DNA from: Octopus vulgaris
Taxonomy: Eukaryota
NCBI GenBank assembly: GCA_951406725.2
Contig: OX597816.1
Coordinates: forward strand, 123,132,001 to 123,196,000
Direction: 5' to 3'
Length of the DNA: 64,000 nt
Positions 26,725 through 38,405 of the stretch are shown here, piece by piece. The number at the start of each line of letters is the position of its first letter. The stretch's first letter is position 1. A program made the position numbers and the translations under genes. The notes beneath the pieces were generated by a model that had not been told where the DNA came from, did not search any database, and saw only the letters and a program-made list of their open reading frames with translations.

Positions 26725-28054
26725 CTTTAGTTGAGAAGTTGTTCAGTGATATTCAAAACCTGTTAATACAGCAGAAGGTAAAATGAATTGTCTTTCAGAA
26801 AGTAATGAAATGTTAACTGAGTACCCTTAGATTTCTAGTTTTTTGTTATAAGAATTATATAAGCTGATGAGTAGGTATTTGGATGACTGATACAATCAGG
26901 AATATTATATCATTTTTTTTTATTCAACTAACAATTATTGTGTTTTATTTCAGGCAAACTTGTAATCACTTTATATATACAAAGCAAAAGTACTTGGCCA
27001 TTGTTACTGCAGTACGACTTAAGCTTTATAACTAAATCTATACTCCATGTCACTTCATGTATAGTTGCATAACAAATATGAAACTACTTATTCAAAGCTT
27101 TAGGCAAATGAAAATACTTTGTGAAATCCATGAAATGCACAAGTTATTTAAACTTTAGTTATTTGCCACTGCTTTTCACTTGCCTTCTTTCTATTTAACT
27201 AGGAAAGGTTATATTCAAAGATCAACAGCAGAAATGAGATAAAAGCTCTCATCGTATGATCTTTGACTATGTAACATTAATAAGGAAGGTGTTTTATGAA
27301 ACAAAATTCAAGTTTATTATTGTAAGATTTAATTTTATAGTACTTCATTGAAGTAGGTTCAATCCTCAGACTTGATAGCTCTTATGATTCCAAAGAATAC
27401 TTCTAAACACAACTTAGTTTTGTAATCGTGCTACATTAGCTAATTAATTATGAATATTTGGAGTTCATTAATTTTATAACTGTCATTTTAAAAAATGTAT
27501 TACTAAAAATCAAATACCAACAAATTCTTCTCCCTGTACTTGAAATGTCACATCATTTTTTGACATTTCTCTTTACTAATTCAGAAATAATGACAGATGT
27601 TAATATTATTGGTATTTAAATAATACAATTAAGTTCTATTATAATGCTGTCAGAATATCTGAATGCAGTAATTAAGAAAGCATTTCGTTTTAAGTAAATG
27701 ATTGCATTAAATAGTTGGTAATAAATTAGATAACTATTTGAAAATTTTATTTGATATTTAAGATTATAAAATGCGGTTTAATAAAGATTTGGCTGTTATT
27801 TCTTTCATACAAAGTGATCAAACACAGGTTCTCTCATTTAAACATAATATTTTGCTTCTTTTATGCATGCATTCATGATTTTATAGGAATTTTGGCATGA
27901 TAAATAAATAATTATTGATTATATCTATGCACATTTTATTCGTCTATAGGAGTAGCATGCCTAGAAAGACTAAACCTCTTTCAAATGGCATGTTAATAAG
28001 TACTACGAGGCCTTTAGCATTCAGAAACTGCATCATAACAGAGTAAATAATTCT

Positions 28055-28362
28055 TTTGGTCATGAATGACCATGGAATTGCTTTTAGAATGTTCCCCTCT
28101 GAGGCACAAGTCCAGGCATGGTTGTTTATGAAAGACCAGCAGTCACCCATGCATACCAGCCTTCTCACTGCATGCCAGCTATATTGTCCAAAGACCTATA
28201 CAGCTCGGTACCAGTGATGCTACAACTCATTTCTATAGCTGAGTGAACTGGAGCAATGTAAAATAAAATGTCTTGCTCAAGAACACATCACACAGCCTGG
28301 TTCAGGCATGAACTCACTACCTCATAACCCAACGCTTTAACTACTGAGCCATGTGCCTTCCC
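28055..28362 (-). mobile_element. SINE family C copy
   Basis: The reverse complement starts AAGGCACATGGCTCAGTAGTTAAAGCG (tRNA-like head). It shares CTGAGTGAACTGGAGCAATGTAAAATAAAATGTCTTGCTCAAGAACAC with ~61215-61460 and shares its tail with 3498-3572. Confidence 0.65.
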
Positions 28363-29229
28363 AACATAACAAAACTACTGTTATAAAGAGAGTCTACAGT
28401 AGAAGTAGAAACTATTATATATATACAGGTAACATACTAATAAAATTCAGTAATACTACCTGTGTTATCAACAGTACTTTAACTGGACGACATTACACAT
28501 AAAGAATGAAGTGCTTTGAATTTACTAATTTAAAATTGATGTTAATCAATTTCAAAAATCTCTTTTACTATACTTCTCTTGCAATTCAAAGAAATAGCAA
28601 TTGTAAATAATTATATATAGCTCATCTTTCAAGAAAACTCAGGAAAACTACTATGGGCAAGTTAAATGAAACTGCAAAGCAAGAAACTGAAGCCACATTG
28701 CAAACATAAGTTTTTGTGTATTTTTCATGAACTTATTTTCATTGTTCGGTATAAATGCAGATGAATTTGTTGAAAGAAGAACAATAGAGAATACAGGAAT
28801 CTCATTCAGCAAAGGCCTCAAGTGCCTTGGTTTTATAGAACTGGCAAAGAAAAGGGTAGTTAAGGTTATTGAATAAACCACATAGTGACTTTGGATTAAA
28901 AGAATTGATCCACATACTTTGGCTGCTTTGGCTGCTGAGATGCAACTTAAGGTCTGATAAATCTTGGCTGGGTTACCTGGGTAAAGGGGAGTGATATTGA
29001 AAAAGTTCAAACACAAGATGATGTTGAATCACATCACTAATGTATTGATTCATGTCATCCAAATGTATCTGGTGCATTATTATTTTGCAAATAGCTAACA
29101 CAGTAGGACAAAATAATTCAAAGGAAACTTGTGCTCAACTAAAATATGTCTATGGAATCAATAGTAATGAGATTATTTGAATCGACATTCCACCTCAGTA
29201 AAATTGAATTCTGACAGAAATCATAATTG

Positions 29230-29597
29230 TAGCCATTGATGGTGTCATGTAAATGGCAACTGTGAAATCATGGCCACTGTTGGTAGCATGATCTTTGACT
29301 ATTGAGCCTATTGGAGGCGATGGCAAGTGACCAGGAACTTGGTGATATACTGTGCTTGAGAAAACTTGTCAAGCCAAGTGAAATCATAGTCATGACCATT
29401 GCTGGTGTTATGTAAATAACACCCATGCTGGTGGCATATAATAAGCAACCATTACACTCTCGGAATGATTGACATAAAGAAGGGTGTCCTGCTGTGGAAA
29501 CCATGCTGAATCAGACTGGAACCTTCGGCTTACCAGGTCCAGTCAAGCCATCTAACTCATACCAGCATAGAAAGCAGGTGTTAAATGATGATGATGA
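29230..29597 (+). mobile_element. RTE-tail repeat copy, longer variant
   Basis: Family motifs and an (ATG)n tail; homologous to 32488-32830 in reverse. Confidence 0.7.
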
Positions 29598-30530
29598 TAA
29601 ACACACAGATACACACACACACACACACACATATGTATGTAAGTATGTGTGTGTGCAAAACTAGGCCCTTTGACCGATTTCTTTCCTGCTCTAAACACTT
29701 CATTATTCATTACCCTATGCTCCCCAAACTACAGCACTTCTCTGATAACACCAACTTTTCTTATTATCCAGAACCATTTCAAATGCTATCCATCCTTCAT
29801 CCATTAATATTGTTCTCTCCTCTGATACTTGCTCTAACCACAACCACAACCTCTGAGTTACCACATTATCTCTCCTCCTCCACCATTATACATCATTAAC
29901 CCTCTTCAGACACCATTCCTGCCTATCTCTTCCCCACTCACTCCTGCAACTTACTTAACATATTATCATTCTTGTCCTCATTTCTACACTGTCTGCCATA
30001 TCTTACTTTCCCTTATCCCCACTTGCACTGTTGATGGTTTCCAACTTCTCCTTCCCTCATTCATTTTCCATTTCTCCCCCCTATACTCTTTTGCAGCCTC
30101 CACCCACTCACCAACACACTTGGTCTCTTAATACTATCATTTTCATCATTTTCCAGCTCCACCAAATGCACAATTGTCTAGATGCTCACTAACTGGAACA
30201 CTCCCAAGAGATGATTATCTGATTCTTTGTTTATGTATCCTATATGGGAAAATATAAAGGGAAAATACGTGTGTGTGTATATATGTGTGTATGCATATAT
30301 AAGTGTATGTATCTAAATAAAGAGGCAATTGTGCAGATAAACAAATTAGATATATTAAATATAACAGTTTGGGTATGAAATACAAACATGCATAAAGAGA
30401 AAAAGTAGAAAGTGAAAACTTTCAGACAATGAATATTTAGGTATGAATATATATTTATTTTAATAAATCCAACTTACACAGAGTACAAACAAACAGAGAA
30501 AAGTAAAGGGGAGGAAGAAAGGTACTATAA

Positions 30531-30655
30531 ATCCAACAGCTGTTTCTGGGGACTCAGCAATCCATAATAATGCTTGTAGATGTAGTTCATCACAATATGC
30601 AGTCAAAATGGAAGCAATCAACAATGGATAAACTGAGCCTCCATCATCAGAGTAG
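30531..30655 (-). ncRNA. Hammerhead-like motif with a long stem II insertion
   Basis: Minus strand: CTGATGA, stem II TGGAGGCTCAG...CTGAGTCCCCA closing ~80 nt, then GAAA CAGCTG TT. Stem I is weak. Confidence 0.45.
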
Positions 30656-31015
30656 AGATCTTACATTTCAGATCATTATGCAGAGAAGTTGAAAGTGGAA
30701 TGATTAAATGTGGAGACCTAGCTGTATTAGAGCATATATGTGTGTGCATATGTCTTTTAGTTGTTTCAATCATTTAATAGCAGCCATGCTGGGGCATCTC
30801 ATTGAAGGGTTTTAATCAAATGGATTGACCCCAGAGCAGTAATTCCACCAAGATAGCCCCTTTCCTGAACAGGAAATTTGAACACACATAGCACTGATTG
30901 GCGTGAAAACTTGTTGAGATACTAGGTTATTTTCCTACTTTTCTTCACATGAAACCAATGATAGCTTGTATTCACAAATAAAGAAAAAAAAATGCTATAT
31001 ATCTCTTTCTCTCTC

Positions 31016-31054
<39 letters not shown>

Positions 31055-31077
31055 CACACACACACATATATATATGC

Positions 31078-31112
<35 letters not shown>

Positions 31113-31253
31113 GATAGATAGATAGATAGATAACAATCGATAACAATCGACCTTTCTCCATGTGATTGGCGTGAAAACTTGTTGAGAACTAGCATCATGC
31201 TTGAAACTCAAGAGTACCAATGAATTTGAATCAAACTGTTTTGATCCATTTAT

Positions 31254-31286
<33 letters not shown>

Positions 31287-31599
31287 CATACATATATATG
31301 CATGTATATTGTGCTCTTGAGCCCACTCACGTGAAGATGTAAAAGTACACAGCTATTGTTGAATCATATTAATGCTAGAATGTGTGTAATATGTGAAGCA
31401 TTCAGCAATTACCAGCTGATACTAATACACAGAAACAATTGCGGTGATTTTGGTTTAAAGTTTACTCATTCTATCTTCCTTGAATTATAATTTCTATACA
31501 TACATACATACATACATATATATATATGTGTACGTGTGTGTATACATAGATACATATATATATATACACACACATATATTTAAGTATATACACATATAC

Positions 31600-34230
31600 A
31601 GACACATAGTTAATGACACAAAGCATCTACGTCTCTAGCTCTTTCAGTTCATTCATCTCCAATGAATACCTATACCAAATTAAAATGTATTATCTTTTAA
31701 TGGACAGTCAAAAAATTGCTTTTCATCACTCTTTTGTTAGAGAACAACCACTTTATTATCCAGGCAAAAATGCTATATTTGCAATTTTACATTCTTGTTA
31801 CAACACAATATGTATACAAACCTACATACATACATATGCAGTCAAATGCAGCTAAATGAAGATCTTTTCATTTAAACCGACAGATACAAGGAAAGATTGA
31901 TTGGAATTTCTCTAAAAAAAACAGTATTAAATTACTTCATCTCAAATATTTTTGTTGTAAATTATATATTTCCGATATATTGATTTTATTGCAAGCTATT
32001 ACATTTTGCATGTAAGCATGTATATATCCTATTATCTATCCATACATATATATATATGAATGTATGTATGTATATATACACACACATGCATATGTATGTA
32101 TATGTATACCTGGCCAATTTAGAAATGTAACCCCACATGGACAGTTGGAGATATTTTTCCTCCTTCTTTCTTCTTTCCCTTTGGGCTTCCCTGTTTTTTC
32201 CTGTTTCCAAAGGAGAACTATACTTGAAACATAAAACAACCACTCTCTTTCTTCTCTGAGCGTCTTATTAATACATTGTTTCTGCTACGTCCTCATGTTT
32301 GTTTGTTTCTATTTTCTACTCTGTGACATCCCCATAACTTAACAGTTCAGCAAAAGAGAACGATAGAATATGTACTAGGCTTACAAACATAAGTCCTAGG
32401 GTTGATTTGCTTGACCAAAAGTGGTGCACCAGCATGGCTGCAGTCAAATGACTGAAACTAGAATAAAAGAATATATATATATATATATCATCCTCATCAT
32501 TTAACGTCCAATTTCCAAGCTGGCATGGGTTGGATGGTTTGCCTGAAAACTGGTTAGCCGTAGAGTTGTACCAGGTTCCAATCTAATTTGGCATGCTTTC
32601 TATGACTGGATGCTCTTCCTTATACCAACCACTCCAGGAGTGTAGTGGGTGCCTTTTACATGCCACCATCATGGGTGCCATTGACGTGTCACCAGCATTG
32701 GCCATAACTAGAATCTCACTTGGCTTGACAGGTCTTCACAAGCACAGCATATCGTGAAAGGTCTCAATCACTTGTCACTGGTTCTGTGAGGCCCAACATT
32801 TGGCAGGTGCTTTTTATATGTCACCAGCATGGGTGAAGGAAAAAGGGCATTAATAGATTTAAGCGAATACCTAAGCAAGTAATTTTAGCAAATATTTAAG
32901 TGAATAAACTCTCTGTAGTTATGAAACACAGCTAACTAAATTGTCCATCAAATGCCACAGTAATCCCCATAGATTGTAAATTCATTTTCAGCTACCAGTA
33001 CAATTTGCGACTCTAAAGTTCAAACACTCAGTGCATTCAATTTGAATTCAATGTATAAATGTTGAGTATAATAGAAAAGACGCACACATATGAATGGAGA
33101 TTTATAAATGAATTATCGGCTGTATCACCAGTGGTGATATAACTTTGATAAGAATAGGATGGTGCTGAATTCCTCTGTCATATTTTAATTAAGCACATAT
33201 AGAGTCAATTAAATGTGCTTAAATTTTGCATTGCAGAATTTTGAAATATGCTGTTCTATTTGAAATGTATGCTGCTAATAACTGATGAATAAACCCCTAT
33301 TCGTTTGTGTTATGTATGTAAGTATATATGTATGTATATGTTATATATGAGTGTGTGTGTGCACACGTGTGTGAGTGTATTAGAACTGAAGTTGAGAAAT
33401 TGTGCTGCAATTTTTATTCCAGTGCAGTCACCAAAGTCACAGCTTCAGTTTTAGTAAAAAATTACTTTCTCTGTAACATGTATTGATCACTCCTTTCTCA
33501 TTCATCCAACATTGAGCAATGTGCATTTACACACACACACACACACGCAAACAGAGTCAAAAATCAAACATTGAAAACTGATGCAGCGGTAACAGAAAAT
33601 TTATAGAATCCTTTTCTGCTGTTGGTCCCATTTGACTCATTCAAATAGAACAGATTTTTCTAAACTATATCTACAATATCTGAGTTAAATCATTGTTCAT
33701 ACATCTGCAAAATACTTCCTCAAAGATCTCATGCAAAATCATTGAATTTGCAAAACCACGCAATATATGATATCTTGAAATAAAATCCATATATAGGAAA
33801 TATATTATTACTACAATTACAACAAATAGATTTGAAATGATATAATGTAATGTGTTTTTCAGAAATTTCAATCAATCTTTCCTTGTATTTACTTGTCTAA
33901 GTGAAATGATCTTCATTTAGCTATATTTGACTGCAGTTGTTTATATACATATATATATATATATATATATACATACATACACACATATATATATATATAT
34001 ACATACACATACATGTGGGTGTGTTTGTGTGTGTGTGTGTTAATACATATTTTGTTGTTACTAGAATACAAAATTGCAAATATAGCTTTCTTGGCAGGAT
34101 TAAAAAACTGTTTGTTCTCTAACAAAGTGTAGTGAAAAGCAATTTTTTTACTGTCCATTAAAATCATTTATTTTAATTTGATATATGTCTGCATTAGAGA
34201 AAGATGAATTAAAAGAGCCAGAAAGATAAA
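31600..34230. repeat. Diverged inverted duplication: ~31600-31930 vs ~33840-34230
   Basis: For example, TTTTAATGGACAGTCAAAAAATTGCTTTTCA and CAAGGAAAGATTGATTG are found as reverse complements. Confidence 0.85.
32488..32830 (-). mobile_element. RTE-tail repeat copy
   Basis: CATCATTTAACGTCC...GGCATGGGTTGGATGG family motifs. A family A SINE tail precedes it at 32320-32470. Confidence 0.75.
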
Positions 34231-34505
34231 TGTGTTGTGACTAGTATGCTAATTTTGAGGGTGTGCATGTGTGTGTGTGTCTCCAGAATGAAGACGAACA
34301 CCATTCCTCCATGTGATAGACTTGAAAAATTGTTAGGATATTCAGATATTTTCCTATTCTTTTTAACATGAAACCAATGGTAGCCTTAATTCACAAATAA
34401 AGAAATTCTATCCACCAACGCAGTGTTGAGCACCCATTTTCATTGTTTGACATTTATGTATGTGTATATGTGTGTGCATATATACATCATACATATCTAT
34501 CTATC

Positions 34506-34584
<79 letters not shown>

Positions 34585-35150
34585 ATCTATATATATATAT
34601 TTGTTGTAAATGTAGTAATAATATATTTCCTATATATGGATTTTATTTTAAGATATCATATATTGCATGGTTTTGCAATTTCAATGATTTTGCATGAGAT
34701 CTTTGAGGAAGTATTTTGCAGATTTATGAACAATGATTTAACTCTGATATTGTAGATATAGTTTTTAAAAAATCTCTATCTTATATGAAAGAATCAAATA
34801 GGATCAATAGCAGAAAAGGATTCAATAACTTTTCTGTTACCTTTGCATCAGTTTCAATGATATTTAGGCTTCATAAATTTGTGTTTGATTTTTCTTCATT
34901 GCATGAGTGCAGCATGTCTGCGTGTATCTGTGTATCTGTGTATGTGTGTGTAAACACACTTTGCTCAATGTAGAACGAATGAGAAAGGAGTGATCAATAC
35001 GTGTTGTAGAATAAGTAGTTTTTTTTACTAAAACTGAAGCTGTGACTTCATCTGATGACTGCACTGGAATGAAAATTGTGTCACAAATTCACCCCTTCAG
35101 TTCTAATACACTCACACACATACACACACACACACACGTGCACACACATA
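33345..35150. repeat. Long inverted repeat, arms ~33345-33830 and ~34600-35150, spacer ~770 bp
   Basis: The arms are reverse complements; ORFs 33671-33871(-) and 34423-34755(+) share IIYFLYMDFI.RYHIL.GFA.SMILHEIFEEVFCR.MNNDLT.IL. Confidence 0.9.
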
Positions 35151-35281
35151 TAACATATATATATATATATATATATTGGTAAAAACGGTAAGATAACAAA
35201 AGAAAGAAAGAGACCTCAATATTATGTAAGTAGAGGAAATTTATCTATAAAATAATATATGTTACAATTACTCAATAGTCA

Positions 35282-35344
35282 AGATAAAACTCTGAGTTTC
35301 AGATGCCGAAGTGGAAATCCACAACACCATCTCTTCGGTTATCT
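35282..35344 (-). ncRNA. Hammerhead-like fold, left arm (non-canonical core)
   Basis: Exact reverse complement of 35583-35645. Confidence 0.5.
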
Positions 35345-35582
35345 GGCCATCTGAAAAAACACTATGAAAAAATACTGTTATATAAAGGGAAATTACTGTG
35401 TTATAATTCTGCTACTTATATAAATTAAGATTAAAAGTTCATAGTAAACACGTAAACATGACTAGCCATGTTTACGTGTTTACTATGAACTTTTAATCTT
35501 AATTTATATAAGTAGCAGAATTATAACACAGTAATTTCCCTTTATATAACGGTATTTTTTCATAGCTTTTTTTCAGATGGCC

Positions 35583-35645
35583 AGATAACCGAAGAGATGG
35601 TGTTGTGGATTTCCACTTCGGCATCTGAAACTCAGAGTTTTATCT
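35583..35645 (+). ncRNA. Hammerhead-like fold, right arm (non-canonical core)
   Basis: Stem I AGATAA/TTATCT; core CCGAAGA (C in place of U4); stem II GATG...CATC with inner GTGGA/TCCAC; an extra T before GAAA; stem III CTC-A-GAG; triplet GTT. Confidence 0.5.
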
Positions 35646-35670
35646 TGACTATTGAGTAATTGTAACATAT

Positions 35671-35717
<47 letters not shown>

Positions 35718-35722
<5 letters not shown>

Positions 35723-36187
35723 GAATAGGAAATGGAGATGTATATCAATTGGCAATGCAAAAATTAAAACTTGATATTTATTAGCATAATAGTATATTAT
35801 ATTCTTATAATAATACAATATAGTACAATATAATAAGTAATAATATTAAATATAAATCACATACAAATGTTTCAATTCTTGGCCATAATTAAATTAGAAA
35901 AATTCATTGTTTTGGGGCCAAGAATCTCCCCGATGTAATTTCTTATGTATATTAGGATTCACATTTCCAGTAAGTCTGAATTTAAATCTATCTAATTAAA
36001 AGTTTGAGTGTTATTAATTAAAAAAAGAAAAACAAGAATTGAAATATTTGTATTTGATTTATATTTAATATTTATTACTTATTAGTTTGTATAATACTGT
36101 ATTATTATAAGAATATAATATAATATACTTTTATGCTAATATATTTTAATTGCCAATTGTTATACATCTCCATTTCCTATTCATTTT
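35718..36187. repeat. AT-rich foldback/MITE-like element, arms ~35718-35881 and ~36032-36187
   Basis: AAATGAATAGGAAATGGAGATGTATA / TATACATCTCCATTTCCTATTCATTT termini; CAATTCTTG/CAAGAATTG inner ends. Confidence 0.85.
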
Positions 36188-36316
36188 TATAATTTAATAT
36201 ATACCCAGGTAATCTGTGAAGTTTTTTTCTCTGCAAAATTGGGTTTTTGACTGTGAAGCCAGTGACATATTGTATATTTTTCATTTCCATTTTCCTTGGA
36301 TTATTCAATAGATGTA

Positions 36317-36374
<58 letters not shown>

Positions 36375-36429
36375 CGTATATATACACACTCACACACACA
36401 CACACATATATGTGACTGTGTGTGTATCG

Positions 36430-36590
36430 TTGATGATTTTCATTCTCAGTCTTCCCTTCTTTGGACTTTTTCTATATTTCTGATGAAGAGCTCCACTTGA
36501 AACGTGAAATCCCCTTTCTTTTCTTTCCTTTCCTGAGCGTCCAATAACACTGTTCTTATTCCACATCCTCGTGTTGTTGCTTTTTGTTAC
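36430..36590 (+). mobile_element. Short repeat with a degenerate minimal hammerhead motif (family H3)
   Basis: ATTT CTGATGA AGAGCTCCACTT GAAA CG TG AAAT at 36476-36510; a more decayed homolog lies at ~32150-32310. Confidence 0.45.
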
Positions 36591-36599
36591 ACACGTATA

Positions 36600-37262
36600 T
36601 AATGTTTTCTCCTGCTTTTAATTATTTGAACCCTTCTTGTCAGTAAGGAGTTGGTTTCTGACATAGACACAAATCTCCATCGTTGGAATGAAGATAACTA
36701 AAACAATCTTACATCCTGAAAACTCTTGCACATTTTTACAGTTCTGCTTCCAGTCTGTTTATATAATATGCAAGTTAACTGGTTGATTTATTTTTCTGAG
36801 CACCCTAGCTTTTCTTGACTACCTTTTAGCTACTTATCAACAAAATCAAGTGAACCAATTATTATTGAAATAAATATAAATTTATAATCTTGATATAACA
36901 GCTGAAAGTTTCGAAGCAGTTGTTCATAGTTATCCTCTTTCTCTCTGATTTTTAACCCTTTCAATGCAAATGGTTCTGTTGTACAAATGTCTTGTTTTCG
37001 AAAGTTCTGAATTAAAATCTTCCACCAAACCTTAGTCACAATTCATATTCCTAATACTAACTTAATGATAACTAAGTTAGTTTACTAAATTCTTTGTTAC
37101 ATTTGAAATTAATTGAAAGAAACTTAGAGCATCTCAATAGATATATAGTAACATAAGGGTTAATGAGATATTCACATCAGCAGGGTAATTGATCTCTTTA
37201 GCAGTACACAATTTTCTTGTCTGTCCCAGAGAACTTTATCCAGCTTATGTTTGTACTTTATT
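36600..37262 (-). mobile_element. RLE-type (R4/Dong-like) LINE C-terminal fragment interrupted by a MITE
   Basis: Removing 36952-37163 joins INYPADVNISL|KIREKEDNYEQLLRNFQLLYQDYKFIFISIIIGSL in frame. Confidence 0.65.
36952..37163. mobile_element. TTAA-flanked piggyBac-like MITE
   Basis: TTAA|CCCTTTC...GTAACATAAGGG|TTAA; same family as 13150-13357. Confidence 0.82.
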
Positions 37263-37545
37263 TTTTATTTCTCACTTGTTTTAGTCATCATACTGTGGCC
37301 ATGCTGGGGCACCAGCTCAAAGAATTTTTAATCAAATGTATCAACCCCAGTACATGAGTCAATATGAATGGGATAAAAATGCAAGTTGAGCAAGTAAAAT
37401 TCAGACTATATATGTTTCCTAGCTAGCAGATCTCTGACTTAATAGTTACTCAACGAAGGGTACTTTTCTAGCTACTCATCTGGTTGAAGTTACCTTAACT
37501 ATATCATCTTTAAGGCATCTCAAATTAACTCACCAAAGATATAAA

Positions 37546-38405
<860 letters not shown>

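Larger units (their letters stand above)
35177..35676. mobile_element. (TA)n-flanked palindromic element (family H2), arms ~35250-35460 / 35467-35675
   Basis: Near-perfect ~210-bp arms around the centre CATG-ACTAGC-CATG. (TA)n on both sides; each arm carries a hammerhead-like fold. Confidence 0.9.

Noticed and set aside
28651-29100. 121-aa minus ORF and coding-like composition on the plus strand
   Set aside because: No recognisable motif and the plus frames contain stops. It could be a decayed pseudogene, but that needs BLASTX.
30896-31180. Repeated GATTGGCGTGAAAA resembling a CCAAT + E2F composite site
   Set aside because: The recurrence is explained by local duplication, the third copy at ~34315 has lost it, and no gene start is nearby.
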